Under the pieces are notes generated by a model, which ran no database searches, had not been told where the DNA came from, and worked only from the letters and a program-made list of their open reading frames with translations. The position numbers were made by a program, and so were the translations under genes. Positions 12,101 through 21,300 of a DNA stretch of 64,000 nucleotides are shown here, in pieces (positions within the stretch are counted from its first letter, which is position 1; every line of letters starts with the position of its first letter). The stretch lies in assembly GCA_000091205.1 (NCBI GenBank), contig AP006484.2; one strand, given 5' to 3'. The DNA is from Cyanidioschyzon merolae. Taxonomy: Eukaryota.

Positions 12101-13069
12101 CCTGAGAAACAGCACCAGGCTTGTCGGTACGTCCGCCTCCAACAGAAGCTCGACTGGAAAACCTTCCAACAGCTTCAACAGAAGCTGAAGCGATGCCCTA
12201 AATGCCGGTCCGGGGTCCGTGAATTCGCAGCGTAACATATGGAGCGCCACAAGAACGATACGGCTGCCTTCCTGCACAAGACGCTCACCGATCGCATCAG
12301 CAGTCAGCTGAACAGTTGCCGCGCCTGCTGACTGACGTATTCCCGTCTCTTCAGCCACTGCGGATAAGATTTCTTCAATTATCGTAGAGAAAATCTCCAT
12401 AGATTCAGCGCTTTCCAGAGGACTTCCGAGCAAATGATCCAGTACCCGAGAACCATAGCTGCTCTCCCAATACTGCACCACAATTCGAGCGAGAAACTGG
12501 GCGACCTTTCTCCGCTCTCCACAAGAAAATGCTCTCTTTCCAGCTGCTAGTGTGCCATGGCAGTGATTCCATAACTCAACTGCAAAAGCGCAGAGCGTCT
12601 GACACATATCCAGGGTGTCCGTACGCGCGCTTAGAGCCTCAGCCTGCGAACGCTCGATAAGGTCGACCAACAGCTGAAACCCATACTGTACAGCGGCCGT
12701 TTCCACTACTCTAGCAAAGTTCGAGTCTGCATCTGGAACAGCAGATCGTGTCAAACTTTCATAGCATAGATTAGCTGCTATGAGGTCCCGTCCCAGCGCG
12801 AAAATCGTGTCTGCGGAGAAAAACTTTGACACATTACAGAGGAACGTATGGGCTTGTCTGCGGCTCTCTCCGGTGCTTTTTCCCCAGTGCAGCACTGCCA
12901 GAGCTGAAACAACTTCCGCCGTAAGATCAGACGCCATTTCCGTTGCAAATCCAGAAATAGTCCCCTTGGCGCTCAGAAGCCACGCAGCCACCACCGCTGT
13001 TCTAAAGTGGAACGACGTCGCGCGCGTACAGTAGTTGCGAGAAGCCCGCCCTAGACCGGACGTCTCCAA
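9110..13069 (-). CDS. Large (1319 aa) uninterrupted ORF, predicted alpha-helical-repeat protein of unknown function
   Basis: Single 3.96-kb ORF with no internal stops and a leucine-rich helical character (HEAT/ARM-like), non-repetitive. No catalytic motif recognised by eye. Confidence 0.5.
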   Translation of the reverse strand: METSGLGRASRNYCTRATSFHFRTAVVAAWLLSAKGTISGFATEMASDLTAEVVSALAVLHWGKSTGESRRQAHTFLCNVSKFFSADTIFALGRDLIAANLCYESLTRSAVPDADSNFARVVETAAVQYGFQLLVDLIERSQAEALSARTDTLDMCQTLCAFAVELWNHCHGTLAAGKRAFSCGERRKVAQFLARIVVQYWESSYGSRVLDHLLGSPLESAESMEIFSTIIEEILSAVAEETGIRQSAGAATVQLTADAIGERLVQEGSRIVLVALHMLRCEFTDPGPAFRASLQLLLKLLEGFPVELLLEADVPTSLVLFLRRRFEQMFGDRLVACADYDWLAIEALGCWITRAQPMLPKQRDVLGSLLETLISFVICFDEAYTGDVGLLIDAPIRWEERLSLLQAVIELTFLAFESTLTHLQERPAIWSSFILLLGRLVSHPWASIAELALAFCCRDQVLKTVLTAQCVVVLLDAAWMRCCMDTSLPAYLFTGKDIVENSVLDANDPRWRLMSFVLSRNAEQPKLNSSLRSRTRDFLRKICQNWRDACLDWVVTRAVDRMDCHRNRRSTGPVMEQFCFREEPAHLHSFWRGLLSVRNGQYPSDAESALFIEMLLDETREVMFFTMSEVLAPLLPSLGRGSGVSKPPGVSKTSSRGASSEVGGEENARLTQVLQLGERVEFVLSMVDTLDLDQDANKIHMILHVFFGCAPLLARIEGAQIRTIQAALRVLERIQQLPCTEHARWSAMGLHRREKWFDALCRGILALLLRSEGSETVSGAQVLLPSIQQALREAPMPFPARCSLLKCVPVIVCSLDSPEKSIPVLNALLEETLGIWKTMALQHEVLRDPERFLIAFLAPSADADTNRTCLLQLLTLFEQMLSVSMKHSIWKQTVMFGELLPTTLPQMVAALNHLFSLRPDGRGDISVLAPSRIEIAQWYRLVMEWMLRAGLLPEAIADSRQHRKELLKTRRSFIHISARGLLLFQRMLALDPDPDALKFYREICLRGIPQVDIEYLALIVRHVMKTLLQCEAQAHQGSDIWETDVTEIWLPLLRATAERIGQLAYEEVSDEESSTMDEVLHGAPHANEASSANEAFDQAAVALVELAVAMLKLESCSRRVQLFNWARDFLRKCLDWHFESASRKAFAFLRKHLSFWIHPAEGYLAIDTESLLQLENSIARALTDERWYSRPEDVRKVHAAVNDELYRRGFSPACFTTSELPSKHPNASMFPGENGGERMRALGNVAVRRSFNHGASTQLNEAAMAFPSSKMASQKHRPLSVRLLQSWKKRTQLYTMDLEDESINGDDDTALEGVAVLFG

Positions 13070-14150
13070 CTGATGTGCAGACGCCTCCCAGTGCTTTTGA
13101 AGCGGCCACCCACTACTGCTTCCAACTGTTTCTCATATAGTTCAACTTTTAGAGGTTGTCCAACAAAGTTCTCTTGTGTAAGCTCTGGAGGTCTTCTCTC
13201 CAGCACCGCACAATTCCTTATATTGGTTGCGGCGTTAAAATCTCGATCCACGAGCTCCATCCGTTTCTTGCCATCACTCCCTGTACTTACCAATGCAAGT
13301 AGCCCATGAACTTTCGCTCTCCTTTCCATTTGCCCCTCCGTCAGCGGTCCATACTTTTCTACATCCTCAGGGCTCCTCTGGCACTTTTCTATCTCCACCC
13401 TCAGGAGTGTACAGCCCAGCTCGTGGTGTGTGTAGGACGTTCGAAACTCATCTACAGGTATCGCAACAAAACGTCTTGCGCACTCATTGCACGTTCTTGT
13501 TGACGGAACTGATGTACACCCTGTTTGGGTCTTCCATTGCCCTACTCCGTACGCTACTACGAGTCTCTGACTTTCATCCTCCTTAAGGGCACTCAACTGA
13601 TTGAAAAAGTTGGCAAATGCCCGCTGCTTCCCACAGTACAGAATCATACGCAGACGAATCCATCGATTCCTTGTATACTCCTCCCACAGCGCATCACAAT
13701 GCGCAATGTGAACTTCCATAAACTCCCGAAAAAAGCTTTAAAGTCCGCTCCTCGGCTCGTCACCTCGCTCATAGCTTCCAGGTGCTCTTTCACTCCTGCA
13801 TTCCACATCTCAATTTTCTTCCTCGCATTCATGATTTCCGATTCTCGATAGTATCTTGCTCTCGAGAATCTCAACAGGCGCATGTCTTTCTGACGTAAGT
13901 TGCAGTTCGTACCATCTTCCGCGCGCGTGGGTACTGCGATGGTTATGATATATGTGTTCCCGGGCTCTGCACCAACGACAAAGTCGTTATCTGGCACCTC
14001 CTGCGTCGCGGGACCCGCCTCCTTCTCATGTTCATGACTCGCCGCACCAACGACGAAATCGTTCTTCTGCACTTTCTGCGTCGTAGGATCCGCCTCCTTC
14101 TCATCTACACGCTTCGTCGCGGGCGAAGCCGAATGCAGACCAGAAGGCGA
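13051..14150 (-). pseudogene. TnpB/Fanzor-like nuclease element, copy B (subfamily 1). Best-preserved copy: one frameshift, N-terminally truncated
   Basis: Two adjacent minus-strand ORFs (13644..14072 and 13051..13719) join with a single frameshift to give VVGAEPGNTYIITIA (RuvC-I)...RARYYRESEIMNARKKIEMWNAGVKEHLEAMSE...GKQRAFANFFNQLSALKEDESQRLVVAYGVGQW...PSTRTCNECARRF (Zn ribbon)...DEFRTSYTHHELGCTL...LTEGQMERRA...VDRDFNAATNIRNCAV (RuvC-III)...TGRRL. Confidence 0.65.
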
Positions 14151-15100
14151 GCCCTACCGCGCAGGAGGTGCAGAAGAACGATTTCGTCGTTGATGCGAAC
14201 CCCGGGAACACGAATATCATACCCATCGCAGCACCCAAGTATAGGGAAGATGCTAACACCGGCAACTTACGTCAGAAAGACATGCGTTTGGTGAAGCCCT
14301 CAAGGGCTAGATATTACCGAGAATCGGGAATCATGAATGCATGGAAGAAAATTGAGACGTGAAACGCAGGAATGAAAGAGCACCTAGAAGCTATGAGCGA
14401 GAAGACGCGCCGAGGAGCGGACTTTCGGGCTTTTCTGAAATTCATGGAAGTTTGTGTTGCTCATTGGAAGGCGCTGTGGGAAGAATATACAAAGCCCCGG
14501 TGGGCCCGTCTGCGTATGAACTCGTACAGTGGGAAGCAGCATGCATTCGCGAACTTTTTCAATCAGTTTAGCGCTCTCAAGGAGAATGAAAGTCAGAGGC
14601 TCGTAGTAGCATACGAAGCATAGAGCTCGGCGTCGAAAAAAGGGTGTAGGCGATCTCCAACGACAAGAACGTACAAAGAGTGCGCATGCCGTTTCGTCAC
14701 GATACCGATAGATGAGTTCCGAGCGTCGTATACAAACCACAAATTGGGGTGCACGCTTCAGAGGGTCGAGATGGCAAAGTGCCAGCGGAGCCCTGAGGAT
14801 ATGAAAAAGTACAGAGGGCCGACGGAAGAGCAAATGGAAAGGAGGGCGAGACTTCGAGGATGGCTTGCACTAGTGAGTTCAACTACCAATGGCGAGAAAC
14901 GCATGGAGTATGTGAACCGAGATTTTAATGCCGCTATCAATATAAGGAGATGTGCGGTGATAGAAAGAAGACCACCAGAGTTGGCACGAGAGAATTTCGT
15001 GGGGCAACCTTTCAAAGTGGGACTATATGAGAAACAGTTTGAACCAGTTGTGAGTGAGCGGTACAAAAAGACTGGGAGGCGTCTGCTCATCAATTAGATA
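14150..15100 (+). pseudogene. TnpB/Fanzor-like nuclease element, copy C (subfamily 1), inverted head-to-head partner of copy B
   Basis: MQKNDFVVDANPGNTNIIPIA...RARYYRESGIMNAWKKIET* (TGA where copy B has TGG/Trp)...MKEHLEAMSE...GKQHAFANFFNQFSALKENESQRLVVAYEA*...HKLGCTLQRVEMAKCQRSPED...VNRDFNAAINIRRCAVIERRPPEL...TGRRLLIN*. Multiple stops and frameshifts. Confidence 0.65.
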
Positions 15101-15144
15101 TAGCTTGTTCCGGTCGGGTTTCCCGCCGCTACTGTGTACTGCCG

Positions 15145-18100
15145 GTGACGTTCGACTTTCGAACAGCGTTCGTTGTCGTGGGTGGTTTTCGTGAGTGCAA
15201 AATGGCTTTTTGCGATTTGAGTGTCTTCACGACGGAACTGTCGTGCGCTACAGGTAATGCACGTCTTCGCAGTCGCCAGGCAACCCTGTTCACCTTGAAG
15301 GGTCGCGTTCACAGGACTGCGTCGGATCTTCGCAGGACTCACAAAATCAGTCGTTTGGTGAGCATGAACGTTAGCGAAACACTCACAAGCACCAAAGCTG
15401 TTCAAAATTTGGAGCCATTAGGCACCAAAGAGAGCGTCCTGGATGCTGCAGTCTCGGCGAAAAAAGTCCAAGCTCCGGGCACCGCAGCACTTTACTTTGC
15501 TTACGGCAGCAATATGTGCCCCCGAGTACTGGGACCCGACACTGATCTTCTCTATTTGTTGCGACGAATATCGTCGTCGTCCTGGGAAACCGGAGAGCCG
15601 GCCGTACTGGAAGGGTTCAGCCTTGAGTTCAGCTGCCCTGGCGTGGAAGCCCTCGGAGAACCAGCATTCGCCAACATTGTGCCTGCCGTCGAGGCCAATT
15701 CTGGTGCACCCCGTGAGCAGTATGATACAGAGGTTCACGGTGTTTTGTTTCGATTGACACAAGCAGAATTAGACCGCATCCTATTATCGGAAGGGGTCGG
15801 GTTAGGGCGCCAGCGCGTCGTCAACGTCACAGTACGCACCTACCGCAACGTACTCTATGAAAATGTCAAGACAGTCGCGTATGTATCATGGGAGATACGG
15901 AATCCACAAAAGCCCTCGTCACGTTACCTCGAGCTCATCCTGGAAGGCGCTAATTACTTTCACTTGGATATTCGGTATGTTCGAACGCTTCTGCGCAAGG
16001 CCTCCGGTGAGTACACCTCTGCCGCGCTCCCAGCCACGAATAATATTCAGAGCGACATGGTGAAAATGCTTCAGGACATACAGGTTCCCCAACAGATTGT
16101 GGCGTTTTATCAAGAAATGCACCACCTCAAGGGAACGGTTCGATTCATCATGCCTCCGATGCTTGACGAGAGCTCACGGGCGACTAGGCCGCTGTTGCTG
16201 TTCTTCCCCGGCCTAGATGGCACTGGCATCAGTATTGCTACACAGCTTAGAATGTTTCAGTCAAAATATGATGTTCGCATTTTGGTGATTCCTCGGGACA
16301 ACCGAATGCCGCTGGATGAATTAGGGAACACAATTCTGGATTGTTTGGAGTGCCTCTGGAAACAAAAGACAGAGGTACTGATGTCGAAAGAGGTATCGCA
16401 CGAGCCTCAGGTTGCACCGGATGTTCTCGCTGAGAGCATGGGCTGCTTATTGTGGTTTGAGTGTGTAAGAGCTTTTCGCAGACGAGCGAATCTCAAATGC
16501 GGCGCTGTTGACCCCTGCGAAAGCCCTACTCGCGCTCTGGCAAGGCACGTCATGCTGGTGAACCCAGCAACTAGTTTCAGCAAATCAGCTCTCGCTCCAG
16601 TTTGGGAAAATATCTCTGCATTACCCGACCCCGTTTACCACGTTGCTCCGTACATATTTAGCCCTATTCTGATCGATCTGCTCCAGCTTTTGGCAGAGCC
16701 CAGTATGGCGTTTCAGTCACTCCAGCGAATGGGTGTCCTCCGCGAAATCTTGCCCAAGGAGACGCTCCGTCATCGGGTGCGACTCATTCGCGACTTTCGC
16801 TATGCAGCCGATGACTTTGCGGCTGCAGCAGAGTACGGTGCTGAGCAATACACAATCGCAGTTGCAGCGAATGATGCTCTGCTGCCCTCTCTAGCAGAAT
16901 CAGAGAGTCTCCTTGGAAAGCTTACGCTGCCTTTTCTCGAAATTCAAAAAACGGGGGTCCGGAGGATGAGTAGCCTTCCTGCTACTGTTGTTCGGTACGT
17001 TGCAACTCAAGGTGGGCACGCGCTGCTCCAGTCGGGGAGCTTCGATGCTTACCAGCAGCTCATGGTTAAGGCTGAACGCGCACATGATCGCATTCGAAGA
17101 GGTCTTTTGGAACGAATACCCAAAGCTGCGAAAGATTCACATACCCGTTCGTCTCCGAGCCAGCATACAACGGACGTCACCGACAAAACAATGGGCTCAG
17201 GTTTCGTAACTGAAACCCTCGACAACGACCAAACACTTGTTGCCAGGTCGCCAACAAATGGACAGCTGGATCGATATGCGATACGGCAGAGGACTGGCTC
17301 GTCCGTGCGGGATTCAACCACGGGCTCACGGTTTTTCCCGAGGAACAAGTTCGCGCTCGGCGAGACGCGGTGGCAGCTTCAACGACAGAGGCGTCTGCTT
17401 TCGCCAATTTTTCTGGATTTCGACAAGGTACCCTTATCATCATCAACGCGTCCGGTTCTGTTTGTTGGAAATCATACCCGTTTGGGGCTCATCGATTTAC
17501 CATTTCTGATTGACCAAGTCTGGAAGAGCCGGGGTGTATTCGTGCGGGGTCTGGCACATCCCATTATATTCGCGATGCAGCAGCGGGGTCAGTCTCAATG
17601 GGAAAGTGCGGGAGATCGGCAGCGCACGCGAGCCCGCGACTTTGCGACGAATCTCGCTGCACTAGGCGCTGTATCTGTATCACCGCGAACGGTTTACAGT
17701 CTCCTTCGGAACGGCGACTCTTTATTGCTTTTCCCAGGCGGCGCCCGTGAAGCATATAAGAGACGTGGCGAAAATAATCAAATTTTTTGGCCGAAGGATG
17801 AAGAGTTTGTGAGACTTTGTGCACGCCTCGATGCTGTTATTGTGCCTTTTGCCTCTTTTGGCCCTGATGACAGCTTCGACGTCGTGGCGGACGGAGAAGA
17901 ACTCTTGAACGTACCTTTTCTGGGCGGCTTTATTCGCAATCAGTTTGAAAGAATGGGTGTTCGCGCTGATATTGTGCGTGCTTGGCGCTCGCCGCTTTCC
18001 GAGCAGCCCTCTGATGCGGCGATCGCAGACCTGTTGATCCCGCTGCTGCGACCGCGGCCGCCACTGCGACTCTACTTCCAGTTTTTCGATCCGGTATATC

Positions 18101-18324
18101 CCGATGCATCCCTTGTAAGAGATCGGCAACGAGCGCAGAGCATCTATGAGGACATCCGCTCTACAGTCGCGAATGGTTTGCGTCATCTCGAATGCATCGC
18201 CAAAAGACAGGACGCATACCTCCATTTTCATCAGCGTTTCCTGTACGAAAGCCTTCATCAGGGTGCACAGGCACCAACACTGACACCCTGGTCCACTGTA
18301 GATGCGCATTTGCTGCTGGACTGA
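15145..18324 (+). CDS. Tri-domain protein: gamma-glutamyl cyclotransferase-like (AIG2/GGCT) + alpha/beta-hydrolase + acyltransferase (phytyl ester synthase / ELT-like), with an S/T/R-rich presequence
   Basis: YFAYGSNMCPRVL...VHGVLFRL (GGCT fold motif). Then LLLFFPGLDGTG...ILVIPRDNRMP (hydrolase). Then LFVGNHTRLGLIDLPFL and LLLFPGGAREAYKRRGENNQIFWP...VIVPFASFGPDD (PES/DGAT-like acyltransferase, as in plant PES1/PES2). The N-terminus (RLRSRQATLFTLKGRVHRTASDLRRTHKISRLVS) resembles an organellar transit peptide. Confidence 0.65.
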   Translation: MTFDFRTAFVVVGGFRECKMAFCDLSVFTTELSCATGNARLRSRQATLFTLKGRVHRTASDLRRTHKISRLVSMNVSETLTSTKAVQNLEPLGTKESVLDAAVSAKKVQAPGTAALYFAYGSNMCPRVLGPDTDLLYLLRRISSSSWETGEPAVLEGFSLEFSCPGVEALGEPAFANIVPAVEANSGAPREQYDTEVHGVLFRLTQAELDRILLSEGVGLGRQRVVNVTVRTYRNVLYENVKTVAYVSWEIRNPQKPSSRYLELILEGANYFHLDIRYVRTLLRKASGEYTSAALPATNNIQSDMVKMLQDIQVPQQIVAFYQEMHHLKGTVRFIMPPMLDESSRATRPLLLFFPGLDGTGISIATQLRMFQSKYDVRILVIPRDNRMPLDELGNTILDCLECLWKQKTEVLMSKEVSHEPQVAPDVLAESMGCLLWFECVRAFRRRANLKCGAVDPCESPTRALARHVMLVNPATSFSKSALAPVWENISALPDPVYHVAPYIFSPILIDLLQLLAEPSMAFQSLQRMGVLREILPKETLRHRVRLIRDFRYAADDFAAAAEYGAEQYTIAVAANDALLPSLAESESLLGKLTLPFLEIQKTGVRRMSSLPATVVRYVATQGGHALLQSGSFDAYQQLMVKAERAHDRIRRGLLERIPKAAKDSHTRSSPSQHTTDVTDKTMGSGFVTETLDNDQTLVARSPTNGQLDRYAIRQRTGSSVRDSTTGSRFFPRNKFALGETRWQLQRQRRLLSPIFLDFDKVPLSSSTRPVLFVGNHTRLGLIDLPFLIDQVWKSRGVFVRGLAHPIIFAMQQRGQSQWESAGDRQRTRARDFATNLAALGAVSVSPRTVYSLLRNGDSLLLFPGGAREAYKRRGENNQIFWPKDEEFVRLCARLDAVIVPFASFGPDDSFDVVADGEELLNVPFLGGFIRNQFERMGVRADIVRAWRSPLSEQPSDAAIADLLIPLLRPRPPLRLYFQFFDPVYPDASLVRDRQRAQSIYEDIRSTVANGLRHLECIAKRQDAYLHFHQRFLYESLHQGAQAPTLTPWSTVDAHLLLD

Positions 18325-21300
18325 TGCTTACAAGTTGCTTGAAAGGAACGTCAGCATGTGGCGCTCCCAAGATAGCTTCCTTCTCGGGCATCGGCGGCGA
18401 TGCACCTCATTTTCTCTCCGGAAATCGGATACCCACTGGAAGCGGGCATTGCGGCGCCGTTTCATATGCGCTTGCACAGGTGCAAGCGCGGCGACTTGTG
18501 TGCAGGCACAATATGCTGCCGTGCACGCACGTGCACGCTTGCATCTGTTCTTTCTGAGGCTGAAGGACGTTGACATGAACCAGGGATACTCCATGGTGCG
18601 CTTGATATCGACGTGCTCGCCTCGATGAACAGCCGCACACCGCTCTGATCTGCAGGCGGGCACGTTGCGCATCGAAGCATGCTCATCGCTCAGTAATGTC
18701 GATTGATGGAGCGTGGTTATCGGTTACGAATTTCCACGGAAAACAGTACTCGGTTGGACTGCAAGGCGCTTTAGCGTCACAGGAATGCTGACCGTACTTT
18801 ACATGTACTCTGCACCTGGTGGTGTACATCCATTGCTCTCTCTCCTCGCAGCCGCGTCGTCCAGGTGGAGACCTCAGCGTTTTAGCTCAATGCCGACACT
18901 GTGTAGTAAATGATCATTTTGAAAAGTTGCTCAACACAAAGCCGCCGGGCGCTCCGGAACAACAGCACATTACCGTGTTGATTGAATCGTTTACAGCTCG
19001 ATGGCGAAAATGGTTGCAAGCATCGTTTCAGGGGGAATCACACCATGGCGAGCAGCTCGCAGTCGATATTCTCGCCACACGACAATTGATCAGCTTATCG
19101 TACACCACTTAGAGCAGCCGTATCTGTTAATGACGCATCTGCTCTACCAGTTTTTGCGCACACCGGCGTGCGTAATGCATGTTTATCGTCCTGAACGCAT
19201 CGATGGGAATCGTACAGGATAGATTCTTGCATTCGTTGTACGCTCTCGTCGAGGACCTAGAGCGCAACGCTTACGACCTGCAGTACGTTCAGCGCCATAG
19301 GCTAACACCAAGCGACGCAAGCTATCGGTCATTCCTTTTTCCATATCATTGAACGATCTGGTTGATGCTTGCTACAGTGCAAACGGAACCGTCGGCTACC
19401 AGAGCGCTATCATGTCCACCTGTCAGGGATAATCCGCAGTAGCCACCACAACTCTTGTCTCCTGCTTCCGAATGAATCGTATAAAAGCATGTGACTCTGC
19501 TCGATTCGGCGCTGAGCGTGTCGAACTGAGTTCTAATGTCGTCATGCAGCGTTTCGGGACGCCTCATGACAACCATCATGCCCAGCTCCCTATGAGACCG
19601 TGCCCTGGAAAGTTGAGCCGCTCCATCTTGTTTCCGTTCGGGTTATGGTTTCGTCGTTTTAATTAAGAGTTATAGGGACCGCTCCAATGTCCTGGATCCC
19701 AGGATCTTCGCCCATAAGGAAGTCTTTCTCTTCATTTAAAGTGAGTGGTTGCGAACAAGCATGGTTGCTTGACTCAGGTCTAGGTTCCACGAATGGCTTG
19801 CAGACTGGTTTTACTTCGGTCTCGATGATATCTGTGAGATTCGTTCCATTTCCTCCATGGACACGTGAAATCCTGAAGGAGCTTCGCCAATGCTCTTCGT
19901 GAAGTTGGTCGAACGCCTCGTAGTCGTTCGCTGAGACCAGCTCATCCTTCGACTTCTCCTTTACTTGGCCGAATAGTATGAAAGTAGCCACCATACTCTG
20001 CATCTGTTTTTTCCTAGTGACTCATACGTTCTCGGAGGGAGATGGGGCTGAATCTCATCTTCTCCACGCAAGTATTTCATGTTCATTAAGCATCCTTTCG
20101 AAACCTTCTACGTCGCGAGGGGGCGCACGCACCGGAGCGGGTCTCTCCGCTCCCTGCCGCGCACGAGCAGAGAAGAAACAAAGCAGTTTAGGGTTGGTGA
20201 AAGTAGTAGAGTTCAAGTCGTCAAAGAATGATTTGCGGAAGAACGTTGGAATGGTTGCGAACTATTCTTTTATGGGCCCGTGAGCTTAGAGATAGCTTTC
20301 GACATCAACGCAGACACTCTCGACAGTAATTGGGAGAACGTACTTGCACAAAGAGCAGGTCGACGCCACTAGCAGCTGCGTTCTGCTTGACCGCTTATGA
20401 ACAGTAGAAGTTGTCGCTGTCAAAGGTTATGATAGAGGAGCATGGGATGAGGAAGCCATGAAGAGCTTCACAGAAGGATGAAGCATCTAGTGATGTCGAT
20501 TGTTTCACGATCTGGAGGCCACATCACGATTAAATTGCCGCTGGTGCTGATATTGTCGGTATTGCGAGCTTATTGCTCATTTTTGAATACTGGTTTGGCC
20601 CATTTTCAGTACTCATGTACAGGTCTACCATTCTTGCCGCCAAAAGTCTCATCGGGTGAGAGGAGCACCATTCCATCTCGCATGAGGCGTTCGCATTTCA
20701 GAAGGATATGCTTCGTGTGTTGCTCAACACGACGCAGTCTCCAAGACAAACATGTTTTTCATCTTTGCATCTCCGCGGCTCACCAGCACAGTTCTAAATA
20801 AAGGCACGGAAACTTGGTATCCTGTGGCAACTTTGGCAAAGTATCCTTCAGAGGAAATGGAGTGGAAGGGAATGGTGAGGATACTGTCTTACAGGTAGAG
20901 TTTGATAGGTTCTGTTTGCGGTGCACGATGTCCATGATAAGGACTGCGAGAAAGAGCAAGAAAACTCACCTGGCAGGCAAACTTGACTGAATTGCACAAG
21001 TAATGCTGCTCTGTTGCGAGCCAGCAGTAACATCCCAAAGTCGTTCCAAACCGTCCAGCAATCCGTAGGACACATACGTGCCGTCAAATACCTGCGATGA
21101 AGACAACCAAATATGTTCGTACTGGCGCAGGCGTTCCGGAATGCACTGCCATGACTGTAAGGCACGTGCACAGCATCCTGCACAAACAACATGGTAAGCA
21201 TAAAATGGAACCGTTTCACTAACTGAAGTGAACACTGCAAAGTTTGTTCCTCGTCCAGCTGCCGGCAACATCAGCCTTTGCTGACCTTTTCCATAATTGT

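Noticed and set aside
14359-14362. Treating the in-frame TGA in copy C (and TGA/TAG in copy A) as evidence of an alternative genetic code (UGA=Trp)
   Set aside because: Copy B has TGG at the copy C position, but copy A's TGA falls where a conserved Pro is expected and its TAG where Ser is expected. The host genes use TGA/TAG/TAA as ordinary stops. Random pseudogene decay explains it better.
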